Assembly: GCA_016181305.1 (NCBI GenBank)
Contig: JACOZN010000012.1
Location: 965-64,964 of the forward strand
DNA length: 64,000 nucleotides
Origin: Candidatus Woesearchaeota archaeon
GTDB taxonomy: Archaea; Nanobdellota; Nanobdellia; Woesearchaeales; GW2011-AR4
Direction: 5' to 3'
Below, one piece after another: positions 1 to 9,029 of this stretch. Both the position numbers and the translations under genes were made by a program. How positions within the stretch are numbered: position 1 is the stretch's first letter; each line of letters begins with the position of its first letter. The notes below the pieces were generated by a model that saw nothing but the letters and a program-made list of their open reading frames with translations, was not told the DNA's origin and did not search any database.

Positions 1-904
1 CATCAATTTCAATCTCAAAATCATCAAAACCCTGTATTTTCACAATGCGCTCCAACAGCTTTTTCAGTATGCCTTTAGGCATGAACTGGGTTTCAAGTAT
101 TGCCTGCAGCGACTCGTTTCCAAGCCTGCTTGTCTTCAGCAGCCTGTTTATAACTCCTGGATTAAGCCTGTTGCCCCTTATGATTTCTGCAAGCTCTGCA
201 TCGCTTATCTGCCCTTTCTCGACAAGCTTTGGAAGATTCTGAAAGCCCCTGTCAAATCTTGAAGCGTTTGCGGATTTGTTGTGGTTAAAAATTGAGGTCT
301 GGTTTACTGAAAAGCTCACAAATTCAGAGTCCGACAGGTTGCCTGAAGTGGCGTTCACAATCAGGGAATGCTGCCCGTCTCGCAGCTTTACAGGCGATGA
401 AAACCAGGTGCAAAGGCTGCATGCTGTGTAATTCAGCCCGTCCAGCGAATATTTTATTGTGGCATTCATGCTTGTTGAGAAATTAAAACGCACTTTCCTG
501 CTGGTATAATTCTTTGGCTCAGGGCTGTGGATTGTCAGATTAAGCTCTTGGACTTGAAGCTGCTCGGTCTGGTTTGTCCCGTTTGTCAAGTTCTGCCCTA
601 TGGAGAATGAGATGCTGTCTGCAAAAGACTCGTTTCCAATGCTGCCAACAACTTCTATTGTATGGTTGCCAAAGCTGAGGTTCAGCACTTTATCAGCCTC
701 TGTGCAATTGCTGCACATTAAGATGGATGGGCTGCTGTCAACAGAATAAGTCATGTTATCAAGACTCTGGTTAGAGTTTATATCTAGCAGTATGCTGCTG
801 TTGAGGTATGTCTGCGCTAAAGGCGATATTATTTCCAAGGCAAAAGCTGAAACTGCCAATAATGCAAGTATCGCCAACCCGGCCAAAAATTTCTCAATCT
901 TCAT
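1..904 (-). CDS. Secreted/surface protein with Ig-like repeats and many N-x-S/T sequons (partial, runs off window start)
   Basis: Not in ORF track. Manual translation MKIEKFLAGLAILALLAVSAFALEIISP... is open to base 1, with a Sec signal peptide, two 'I.SP...Y' Ig-like units and a GGAGGTG RBS at 911-917. Confidence 0.75.
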   Translation of the reverse strand, partial: MKIEKFLAGLAILALLAVSAFALEIISPLAQTYLNSSILLDINSNQSLDNMTYSVDSSPSILMCSNCTEADKVLNLSFGNHTIEVVGSIGNESFADSISFSIGQNLTNGTNQTEQLQVQELNLTIHSPEPKNYTSRKVRFNFSTSMNATIKYSLDGLNYTACSLCTWFSSPVKLRDGQHSLIVNATSGNLSDSEFVSFSVNQTSIFNHNKSANASRFDRGFQNLPKLVEKGQISDAELAEIIRGNRLNPGVINRLLKTSRLGNESLQAILETQFMPKGILKKLLERIVKIQGFDDFEIEID

Positions 905-1050
905 CTGCAACACCTCCAATCCAGCTTATTTATCTTTTAGTCTTCATTCCTTGCTGCGGCAAAATACTATATGTATCTTTCCCGCATATTATGCATATTG
1001 TGCATATGGTTTATTCAGATGATATTTGAGATAGGTTGAAAACCACCCCG

Positions 1051-1374
1051 TCAATAAAATGCCTCAAACAGGCCGGAAATTCCGAGCTCCTTGCATGCTA
1101 TGGCAAAATTGTTTGCTATATTCATTTCATCTTCCGGAAATTTCCTCTCGGCTGTCACCAAAATGCTGTTTGGGATTCCAAGCGCGTCGTCATATGCAAT
1201 CTCAATCCTGAAGCCCTTTTCATTCAATCTTTTTGACAAACCGGCAATCAGGGCTGCTACCTCAAAAACTCTCCGGGGGGAATCGCTGTAATTATCCACC
1301 ACAACATCCATGTCAATGCCGAACTCTTGCCTGGCCAATTGCTGCTGCATTAGCTCTGTGCTCATTTTTACCAC
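1051..1374 (-). CDS. Hypothetical protein (107 aa)
   Basis: ORF with natural composition; GAGGTG RBS just upstream of the internal ATG. Confidence 0.6.
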   Translation of the reverse strand: MVKMSTELMQQQLARQEFGIDMDVVVDNYSDSPRRVFEVAALIAGLSKRLNEKGFRIEIAYDDALGIPNSILVTAERKFPEDEMNIANNFAIACKELGISGLFEAFY

Positions 1375-1498
1375 CTCATTTTTGCAGTTTTACTCAAAAG
1401 TTGTTGACTTATAAATAATCTGTGAAGCTTTGTTAGGGGCTTGGGTTATGGTACTGAGTTTCACAAATTTTATAAAGGGCATTTAAAGATGCATTCCT

Positions 1499-2203
1499 AT
1501 GGTGGTGGCAGTCCCGAGCTGGTTTTTTGGGGAGGATGTACTGATAGATGCCATAAGCATATTCGTTCTTGCCCTGATAGCATATTTTAACATTAAATAT
1601 TACAAAATCAAAAAAAACAAGAAAAGCCTTAATTTGACTGTGGCGTTTATTTTGCTGGCTATTTCTTTCACCCTAAATATATTCATCAATTCAGGTGTGC
1701 ATTACAACATAATGCAGATGAGCACCCTGGGCTATGGGAAGCTGGCGCTTGAAGACATTGGCTCGAATAGCTCTATTGTCTTCATCACTTACTTTTTGTA
1801 CCGCGCAGTAACCCTCATAGGGCTTTGCTTTTTTTACTCAATCTATGAGAAACAGTCAAAATCAAACATTTTTTTGCTTAGCTTTCTCATAATCTCGTTG
1901 CTGTATTTCAGCAATTCTTCCTATGTAATGTTCCACCTTGGTTATTTTGTCATACTGATGCTGGTAACACTGCAATCAATTAGGGGGTACGGGGTTAAGA
2001 AGTATCCTGCAACCAGGCTGCTGGTTTTTAGCTTGGGAACCATTACTATAAGCCAGTTTTCGCTGCTTTTTGCGGCTTTGGATGAAAAAATTTATGTAGC
2101 AGGAGAGCTGATACAGCTTGTCGGATACGTAGCTTTGCTGATAACCTTCATTGCGGTGCTTATTTATGGCAGAAAAAAGGACCAAAATAGATATTATTGG
2201 TGA
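1499..2203 (+). CDS. Multi-pass (~7 TM) membrane protein
   Basis: About seven hydrophobic segments; TATA-like element upstream; overlaps the next gene. Confidence 0.75.
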   Translation: MVVAVPSWFFGEDVLIDAISIFVLALIAYFNIKYYKIKKNKKSLNLTVAFILLAISFTLNIFINSGVHYNIMQMSTLGYGKLALEDIGSNSSIVFITYFLYRAVTLIGLCFFYSIYEKQSKSNIFLLSFLIISLLYFSNSSYVMFHLGYFVILMLVTLQSIRGYGVKKYPATRLLVFSLGTITISQFSLLFAALDEKIYVAGELIQLVGYVALLITFIAVLIYGRKKDQNRYYW

Positions 2204-2438
2204 TATGCTGATGTCCGTCATTGACAAAGGAGGGCATATTAAGCCAACCCACCTGATGTACAAGTCCAACCTTTCCCACAGGCAGATGAAAGTTTACCTT
2301 GAAGAATTGCTGCAAAGGGAATTCGTCAAAAGGACGAAAAACAAGGACAGGGACTATGTGACAATTACTGAAAAAGGGCATGATTTTGCCAACAAGCTCC
2401 GGGAGATAAAGGAATTCGAGAGGGTGTTTGGGTTTTAA
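2166..2438 (+). CDS. Winged helix-turn-helix regulator (HTH_45-like)
   Basis: KRTKIDIIGDML...KPTHLMYKSNLS...YLEEL...ITEKG is a typical archaeal wHTH pattern; start re-assigned to ATG 2166. Confidence 0.85.
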   Translation: MAEKRTKIDIIGDMLMSVIDKGGHIKPTHLMYKSNLSHRQMKVYLEELLQREFVKRTKNKDRDYVTITEKGHDFANKLREIKEFERVFGF

Positions 2439-2453
2439 TATAATTGGGGGATA

Positions 2454-3728
2454 TCACAAAAACTCCCCCAATCCTTTCTGCTCAACCTTTGCCTTTATCT
2501 TTTCCTTCCCTTTATTATATTTTTCCAGATCCTTCTCCTCAAAAATCGGCACTCCGTAAACCCCGTCATAGCCGGGCTTGAAAGGGATTTTCTGGTTTCT
2601 GTTTCTTATGATGTTTTCAGCAATTTTTTCTGATGTTATTTTTTTCAATTTGTTTTCATCGGCATTTAACACAACTTCAAACTCGTTTCCAAATGCATTC
2701 GTTAATTTATAATATTCTTCCCAGACTTTTTTTGACTCGACTTTTTCCACGATAGTGCCGCCAATCACTTCTGACAAAGGAATCAGGTTCCTGAAAGAAA
2801 CTGCGTCTTTTGGCATAAATCCTTCTTCCCTGTCTGCAAGCTCCTCAACTCTCTGTGCAACCCCGACAGTCAATGGCTTTCTGCATTTGGGGCAGATGTT
2901 TTTCAGTTTAATTGATTCTCTTGGCGACAAAACAACATTGCAGTTCCTGTGCCCGGTGTAATGATATTTTCCCTCATGAGGCCACATTTCAATTGTCTCG
3001 ACAAACCCTTTTCTTTTCCTGACTGCGCCAAGCAATGCGTCATAGCTTAAGCCAATGTCAAAAATATTTGCCTCCCTTCCAAGCCGCCATGGCCAGAATG
3101 AATGTGCGTCAGAGCTGCTCAATAAGGTATATTTGTCAAGCCTTGAAAGCCGCCAGTTCATTGCAGGGTCTGAAGAAAGCCCTGTCTCAATCGCATGAAT
3201 GTGCTTTGACTGCTCCTTGAAGCACTCTTCTACAGAATCAAACCCCGACATCGAGCCGAATATCCCGTACCATGGAGTCCATGCATGCGCAGGTATTATT
3301 TCAATATCATCGTCAATTTCTTTCATCATGTCAACCAATTCAATGCATGAAAAGCCGAAAATCGGCCTGCCGTCATAATCCAGCCTGCCTTTTTTCAGCA
3401 GCGCTTTGTTTATCTGCTCAACAATATCAAAATTTCTTGCCAAAAGCAAAGTGTGTATTCTTCTTGCCTTTCCATCCTGAGTGTAAATGTTTGAAATCTC
3501 ACCCTGAAGGACAAAATTGAATCCTAATCTTGAAGTCAATATTCCAGAACCATCTTCTTTCAACTCACTTTTCAATTCAGCAAGCCATTTTGGATGCGTA
3601 AAATCTCCTGTCCCGAGAAGGTTTATTCCTTTCAATCTTGCATATTTTTCAAGATTCTGTATTGTGATGGCAGAGCTTGTGGCTCTTGAAAAGCGTGAAT
3701 GGATTTGTAAGTCTGCGATGAGGTTCAT
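2454..3728 (-). CDS. Endonuclease Q family PHP-domain protein (TIGR00375-like)
   Basis: ADLQIHSRFSRATS, GTGDFTHP, PAHAWTPW, ETGLSSDP, SDAHS, GKYH..GHR.C, CPKC, PGYDGVYG motifs. Confidence 0.9.
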   Translation of the reverse strand: MNLIADLQIHSRFSRATSSAITIQNLEKYARLKGINLLGTGDFTHPKWLAELKSELKEDGSGILTSRLGFNFVLQGEISNIYTQDGKARRIHTLLLARNFDIVEQINKALLKKGRLDYDGRPIFGFSCIELVDMMKEIDDDIEIIPAHAWTPWYGIFGSMSGFDSVEECFKEQSKHIHAIETGLSSDPAMNWRLSRLDKYTLLSSSDAHSFWPWRLGREANIFDIGLSYDALLGAVRKRKGFVETIEMWPHEGKYHYTGHRNCNVVLSPRESIKLKNICPKCRKPLTVGVAQRVEELADREEGFMPKDAVSFRNLIPLSEVIGGTIVEKVESKKVWEEYYKLTNAFGNEFEVVLNADENKLKKITSEKIAENIIRNRNQKIPFKPGYDGVYGVPIFEEKDLEKYNKGKEKIKAKVEQKGLGEFL

Positions 3729-3802
3729 AATAAGTGGGGTTTATTTGTTTTATTTAAACTTTTATAACAACATTTAAATAACCCCTTTCAAATATTTCAA
3801 TC

Positions 3803-4468
3803 ATGGCAAACAACGACATTCTGTCAGAGTTCAGCCCAAGCGATATTGCCCATTTCAAAAAAGACTTCATGCAGATGATTAAGGTAGGCGCTGAAATCGA
3901 CAGGTACTATGGAGAGGCGCAGCATGACTTGGATACCTTAATCCCGAAATATGAAAAATTGATTGAGCAGTTCAACAAAAAGTACAAAGGGATAAAAATC
4001 AAAGCCAAGAAAACGACAGAGTATTTTAAAGTAAGTGTTCTTGTAAGGGAAAAGAATGTCAAGGACTTTTTTGCCAATTCCGCATCGAGGATTTCGGGCC
4101 TGAAGGCAATCGGAAGAACCAGTTTCAACCAGGTTGACATCAGCGATGCAGAAAAATTTGCAAGGTTTCTTGACTCATTGCTGGGCAGGATTTACATATC
4201 GTACATAGAGCCTGAAAGCGGCACGAGCACAATCGCGGCTGTGGTTGACTCAAGGGAAAAGATGATTGAGATTGTTTACAATCCGGCAGAGATTATGAAC
4301 GAGAATTCCGCAGGCTTCAGGATATGCGCATTCTACGCATTGAAAGGCGGATTCAGCAGGAAAATCGAGATTTACGGCAGCGCATCGACATTCGGATTTT
4401 CAAATTTGCTTGATGAGATAGAGAAAAGGGAGTGGTATGACAGATTCAACCCGAGGTTTTTGGAGTGA
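3803..4468 (+). CDS. Hypothetical protein (221 aa)
   Basis: Long ORF with TTTAAATA ~20 nt upstream. Confidence 0.7.
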   Translation: MANNDILSEFSPSDIAHFKKDFMQMIKVGAEIDRYYGEAQHDLDTLIPKYEKLIEQFNKKYKGIKIKAKKTTEYFKVSVLVREKNVKDFFANSASRISGLKAIGRTSFNQVDISDAEKFARFLDSLLGRIYISYIEPESGTSTIAAVVDSREKMIEIVYNPAEIMNENSAGFRICAFYALKGGFSRKIEIYGSASTFGFSNLLDEIEKREWYDRFNPRFLE

Positions 4469-4519
4469 CCAAACCCGCAATAAGTTTTTAAATATAAGTT
4501 GATTCTAGGCAAAAATAAA

Positions 4520-4861
4520 ATGGAAAAGTCACTTGGCGAAAGGCTCACAGAATATGTTGTAGAAGGCGCTGAAAAATTTAAAGTGGTATTAGGGCAGCTT
4601 AAAGGCAAAGTCAATGACACCCATTACGCCAGAATGGAAGATATTTATGGCGCATTAAAAAATGGCATACCGGATATCCTGAAAAATGGTGGCATATACC
4701 GCCAAATTACACAAAAGGTCATATGGAATGATGCAGATTTGATACGTATGCTTGCTGAAAAATTATATCAAGATAGAGGGGCGTATGATATTTTATTAAC
4801 AGCAAAAGGTGTGCTTGAGGAAATTGTAAACATGATGATAAAAGCAAGCCCTAAAAACTGA
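4520..4861 (+). CDS. Hypothetical protein
   Basis: ORF from ATG 4520 (MEKSLGERL...), preceded by TTTAAATA. Confidence 0.6.
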   Translation: MEKSLGERLTEYVVEGAEKFKVVLGQLKGKVNDTHYARMEDIYGALKNGIPDILKNGGIYRQITQKVIWNDADLIRMLAEKLYQDRGAYDILLTAKGVLEEIVNMMIKASPKN

Positions 4862-4864
4862 TGT

Positions 4865-6214
4865 TTACCCGCCCATCGGCAGCCTTCCCCCGAACTTCTT
4901 CATGAACTTTGACATGTCGCCCTTGCTGCCCTTGAACATCTTTACCATTTTTTTTGACTGCCTGTACTGCTTCAGCAATTCCCTGACCTCGCTCGCCGGA
5001 ATTCCCGAGCCTCTTGAGATCCGCTCAATCCTGCCCGAGTCCACAATTTCGGGGTCTTCCAGTTCTTCTTTGGTAAAGCTGTTCATCGCAACTTTCCACT
5101 TTTTGAGCTTGCCTTCCTGCACTTGAAGCATCTCTTTTGGCAGCTTTAATGAAGAAAAGCCAGGTATCATCTCGACAATCTGCGACAAAGGGCCCATTTT
5201 TGACATCGCTTCCATCTGCTCGTACAAGTCAATAAGATTAAATTCGCCTTTCAGGAATCTTTTGCCCAAATCCTCCGCATCTTCAGCCTTTATCACATCC
5301 TTGGCTTTTTCTAGCAATGCTTCCAAGTCTCCCATGCCGAGCATTCTGCCAACAAAGCCTGCTGGATTAAAATGCTCCAAGTCATCAATCTTTTCCCCGA
5401 CACCTATGAATTTTATTGGCGCGCCTGATACAGAGCATGCAGTCAAGGCTCCCCCGCCTTTTGCAGTGCCGTCCATTTTCGAGACAACAACTCCTGTTAT
5501 GCCGCAGCTCTTGTGGAACTGCTCTGCCTGCTTCTGGGCTGCCTGCCCTATGTCAGCAGAAATAACCAAAAGATTTTCATCTGGCTCGGCTCTTTTATTT
5601 ACTTCCTCGATTTCAGCAATCAAGTCATGCGATAAAGCGTCCCTTCCGGAAGTGTCTATGATTAAAACATCAAAATCATTCAGTTCATTTTTTACATTTT
5701 CCCATATCTCAACAGCGTCTTTTGTTTTCCTGTCGGAGAATACTTTTACATTTGCTTGCTTCCCAACCTGCTCAATCTGCTCCATTGCAGCTGGCCTATG
5801 CACATCCAAGCCGACAAGAGCAGCCTTTAAGCCTCTTTTTGAGAAGTACTTCGCAAGCTTTCCAGCAGTTGTTGTTTTTCCCGAGCCGAACAGGCCGACA
5901 AGCATGATTTTGAAGGGCTTTTGCTTAACCTCAATTTTATGCTGCTCTTTCCCGAGAAAATTAACCAATTCTTCATAGACAATGTTGATTAGCTGCTCTT
6001 TTTTTGTCAGCCCTTTCGGAGATTCCTCTCCAAGAGCCCTTTTCTTTATCTTTTCAGTCAGGTCAAACACGAGTTTTACATTGACATCTGCCTGCAATAA
6101 GGCCCTTTGTATATCTTTGATTAGCTCATTGATTAGCTTCTCGTCTACGAACAATGATTTGGCTATCTTTTGCAAAGTGTTTTTCAATGAATCGCTTAAT
6201 CTTTCCAGCACCAT
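4865..6214 (-). CDS. srp54: Signal recognition particle protein SRP54
   Basis: GLFGSGKTTT P-loop, DTSGR, SKMDGTAKGGG, Met-rich M domain with RIERISRGSG. Confidence 0.97.
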   Translation of the reverse strand: MVLERLSDSLKNTLQKIAKSLFVDEKLINELIKDIQRALLQADVNVKLVFDLTEKIKKRALGEESPKGLTKKEQLINIVYEELVNFLGKEQHKIEVKQKPFKIMLVGLFGSGKTTTAGKLAKYFSKRGLKAALVGLDVHRPAAMEQIEQVGKQANVKVFSDRKTKDAVEIWENVKNELNDFDVLIIDTSGRDALSHDLIAEIEEVNKRAEPDENLLVISADIGQAAQKQAEQFHKSCGITGVVVSKMDGTAKGGGALTACSVSGAPIKFIGVGEKIDDLEHFNPAGFVGRMLGMGDLEALLEKAKDVIKAEDAEDLGKRFLKGEFNLIDLYEQMEAMSKMGPLSQIVEMIPGFSSLKLPKEMLQVQEGKLKKWKVAMNSFTKEELEDPEIVDSGRIERISRGSGIPASEVRELLKQYRQSKKMVKMFKGSKGDMSKFMKKFGGRLPMGG

Positions 6215-6250
6215 AGTAATCAGGATAAGAAAATGGTTTATAAAGATTGC

Positions 6251-7117
6251 TTATCCAAAATTCTCCATCCCGTTGCCGGTGTTAACGGCAACAACCACAT
6301 CAGAAGGCTTGAAATTATGCCTTTGCAGTGCAACAAAAGCTGCTGCTGCGCTGGGCTCCATATTTACTCCTGTTTTGCATTTCTGATAAGCGTTGTTTAT
6401 CTCTGTTTCGCTTGCTTTTATTATTTCATATTTTTGAGGATTTCCGTGTTTAAGTATCACTTCCATTATCGGGCGGTATTTTGCATAAAGCATTGCTGCT
6501 ATTGTGCTCCTGAAATCAGTTGTCACTCCGATTATCTTTGTGTTGGAAAGATGGTAATACCTCAATGCAGCAGCAAAAAGCTCTCCGCTTCCAATCGGCA
6601 ATGCAATATAGTCCGGCTTTTTGCCGTTTTTGTCAAGTTCCCTCTTTATTTCCGTGAAAATGTCCAGATAGGCATCGTCATAGAAATTTGTTGCATTTAT
6701 CCCTTTGCCTTCAAATCCCAATGTGGCTGCAATGCTCTTCATTCTTTCAGTTGTAAGTTCGCCCGACTCCAAATCAGCAGGAATGACTTTTGCTTTTTCC
6801 CCCAATCTGCTTGCAATTGCAGGATTTATGTTTTCAGGAACATAAAGCAAGGTCTGCACACCAACAGAATCCAAAAAATTCGACAGTGAATAGCCGTAAT
6901 TCCCTGAGGTTATAGCCATGACATAATCAATTCCGGCATCATAGGCATATTGCGCCACATCTTTTGCTTTCCTGCCCTTGAAAGTGCCAAAAGTATTCCT
7001 GCTTTCATCCTTAACCAGTATTGACTCTAATCCAAGCTCACTTCCATCAAGCTCTACTAAAGGAGTTTTGCCAACCTTGAATTTGCTTAGAGCTTCCACT
7101 AAGTCATGCTTTTTCAT
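6251..7117 (-). CDS. PLP-dependent enzyme, fold type II (threonine synthase/cysteine synthase-like)
   Basis: GKTPLV, KDESRNTFGTFKGR, TSGNYG, PIGSGEL, EPSAAAA, VNTGNG motifs. Confidence 0.85.
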   Translation of the reverse strand: MKKHDLVEALSKFKVGKTPLVELDGSELGLESILVKDESRNTFGTFKGRKAKDVAQYAYDAGIDYVMAITSGNYGYSLSNFLDSVGVQTLLYVPENINPAIASRLGEKAKVIPADLESGELTTERMKSIAATLGFEGKGINATNFYDDAYLDIFTEIKRELDKNGKKPDYIALPIGSGELFAAALRYYHLSNTKIIGVTTDFRSTIAAMLYAKYRPIMEVILKHGNPQKYEIIKASETEINNAYQKCKTGVNMEPSAAAAFVALQRHNFKPSDVVVAVNTGNGMENFG

Positions 7118-7331
7118 TTTTAGATTTGATAATTACAATTCCAACGTAAATTTATTACTTAACAATAGTGTCTTGATAAATATATAAACTTTGCTATCAT
7201 TTTTTTTAATTTTAACTAGAATATTGTCTAAATTTACATTTTTATTAAAATTTTTATATGATAATTTTATTAGTTATTTATTTTTTAATAAAACAGAAAG
7301 ATTTATATAAAAATACGTATTTATTAAAAAT

Positions 7332-8300
7332 ATGGAGCAGGATTTAAAAATAGACGCTTATGACAGAAAGCTTTTGTATGAGCTTGACAAGAACTCAAAA
7401 ATTCCTTTGCAGGAGCTTTCAGCCAAGCTGAGGAAGTCAAAGCAGTTTATATTGTACCGCATGAAGCAATTGGAAGAATCCAACATCATAACAGGCTACA
7501 ATGCGATTGTTGACATGTCAAAGCTCGGATTCTTCACTTTCAGGGTTTACTTCAAGTTCCAGCAGACAACAGAAGATGATGGCAAAAAATTTATTGATTA
7601 TGTCAGGGGCAACTTAAAGCAGGTTTGGACAATAACTGACATGCACGGCAAATGGGATTATGCACTGTTTCTTGGCGTAAGGGCAATTTCAGAGTTCCAC
7701 ACAATCTGGGACGGGATAATGCTTGAATACAAGCCAAAGATCAAGACTTACAACGTCGCTGTTTATGCGCCTGTCTACAATTTCAACAGGAAATTCTTTA
7801 TTGACAATCCGCAGGATGCCATTGAAAGGGTTTACGGCGCAGGCGAGAAAGAGGACATTGATGATTTGGACTGGAGAATAATAGAAACATACTCAAATAA
7901 TGTAAGGCAGTCATCTCTTGAGATAGCAAGAAAGCTTGGTGTATCCTCTGATACAATAAGGGCAAGGATAAAAAAGCTCGAGGAAAAGAAAGTAATAACA
8001 GGCTACAAGATCGGTCTGAATCTTGAGCCCCTTGGCTTTGTTTCTTACAGGGTTGATCTGCAATTGCTATCAACTAAAAGAAACAGGGAAATCTTTGAGT
8101 TCTGCAAGAGGCACAAAAACATCTACCAGATAAACAAGTCAATCGGGGGGGCGGATTTTGAAATCGAGGTTATTATAAAGGACCTGGGCCATCTGCTGGA
8201 TTTGATAGACGAAATAAAAACTAAATTCAAAAATGTTGTCAATGATGTTGATTACTTCGGCTTTTCTACTTTCCATATTCTGCAGTACATCCCTGACTGA
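7332..8300 (+). CDS. Lrp/AsnC family regulator, tandem two-unit form
   Basis: Two HTH+RAM units (DAYDRKLLYELDKN...; DDLDWRII...EIARKLGVSSDTIRARIKKLEE). Confidence 0.9.
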   Translation: MEQDLKIDAYDRKLLYELDKNSKIPLQELSAKLRKSKQFILYRMKQLEESNIITGYNAIVDMSKLGFFTFRVYFKFQQTTEDDGKKFIDYVRGNLKQVWTITDMHGKWDYALFLGVRAISEFHTIWDGIMLEYKPKIKTYNVAVYAPVYNFNRKFFIDNPQDAIERVYGAGEKEDIDDLDWRIIETYSNNVRQSSLEIARKLGVSSDTIRARIKKLEEKKVITGYKIGLNLEPLGFVSYRVDLQLLSTKRNREIFEFCKRHKNIYQINKSIGGADFEIEVIIKDLGHLLDLIDEIKTKFKNVVNDVDYFGFSTFHILQYIPD

Positions 8301-8362
8301 TAGCTTCCAACACATTCAAACCTATCAAAAGGTATTTAAAAGAGATTAATACACTATTTGCT

Positions 8363-8968
8363 ATGCCATCCAAAAACTTCCTATTGCTGTCTATGGAAGA
8401 TGACAAGATTAAGAAAGTGTCGAATGTAATAAGCAACGACTCCTGCAGGAAGATTCTGGACTATTTGTCAGGCAAAGACGCGACAGAATCCGAGCTTGCA
8501 AAAACACTTCAGCTGCCTATATCAACGGTAAGCTATAACCTCAAGCAATTGATGGAAACAGGCTTGATTGAGTCAAAAGAATTCCACTACAGCGAGAAAG
8601 GCAAGGAAGTAAATCATTTCAGATTAGCAAACAAGTATATTATAATAGCTCCAAAAAAGACTTTCGGCATAAAGGAAAAATTAAAGGGCATCCTGCCAGT
8701 TGCATTGATTGCGTCAGGAGCAGCTTTTATTGTGCAGTTAATGAACAGGTATCTTTCGAAAACAATCGAGGCTCCGCAGCAGATGATGGCTGCAAAATCA
8801 GCTATGGCTGAAAGGGCAGCAGACTCCGGAGTTGCGTTTATGGAAGCAACAGAGCCGGCAACAGTACCAATCCTGTCCCAGAACATCGCATTGTGGTTTT
8901 TCGCAGGCGCCATATTCGCATTGCTTGTATATTTGATGATAAGTTTATTTAGGAAGAGGTTTGATTGA
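8363..8968 (+). CDS. ArsR-like HTH regulator with two C-terminal TM helices
   Basis: CRKILDYL...TESELAKTLQLPISTVSYNLKQL...YSEKG, followed by two hydrophobic helices. Confidence 0.85.
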   Translation: MPSKNFLLLSMEDDKIKKVSNVISNDSCRKILDYLSGKDATESELAKTLQLPISTVSYNLKQLMETGLIESKEFHYSEKGKEVNHFRLANKYIIIAPKKTFGIKEKLKGILPVALIASGAAFIVQLMNRYLSKTIEAPQQMMAAKSAMAERAADSGVAFMEATEPATVPILSQNIALWFFAGAIFALLVYLMISLFRKRFD

Positions 8969-9029
8969 TAACTTCAACTCCATTTGAAGCTATCGCTGGG
9001 TATTTATATATGGGCACCTTACCGGCAGA

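Noticed and set aside
5262..5978. Long antisense ORFs (238 aa here; also 6233-6889, 32351-32908, 36466-37068)
   Set aside because: They are shadows of well-supported genes on the opposite strand, with atypical composition and no recognisable motifs.
7159..7200. Short minus-strand ORF MIAKFIYLSRHYC upstream of the PLP enzyme
   Set aside because: It spans the probable TATA box, so it lies upstream of the transcript start, and it has no amino-acid run.
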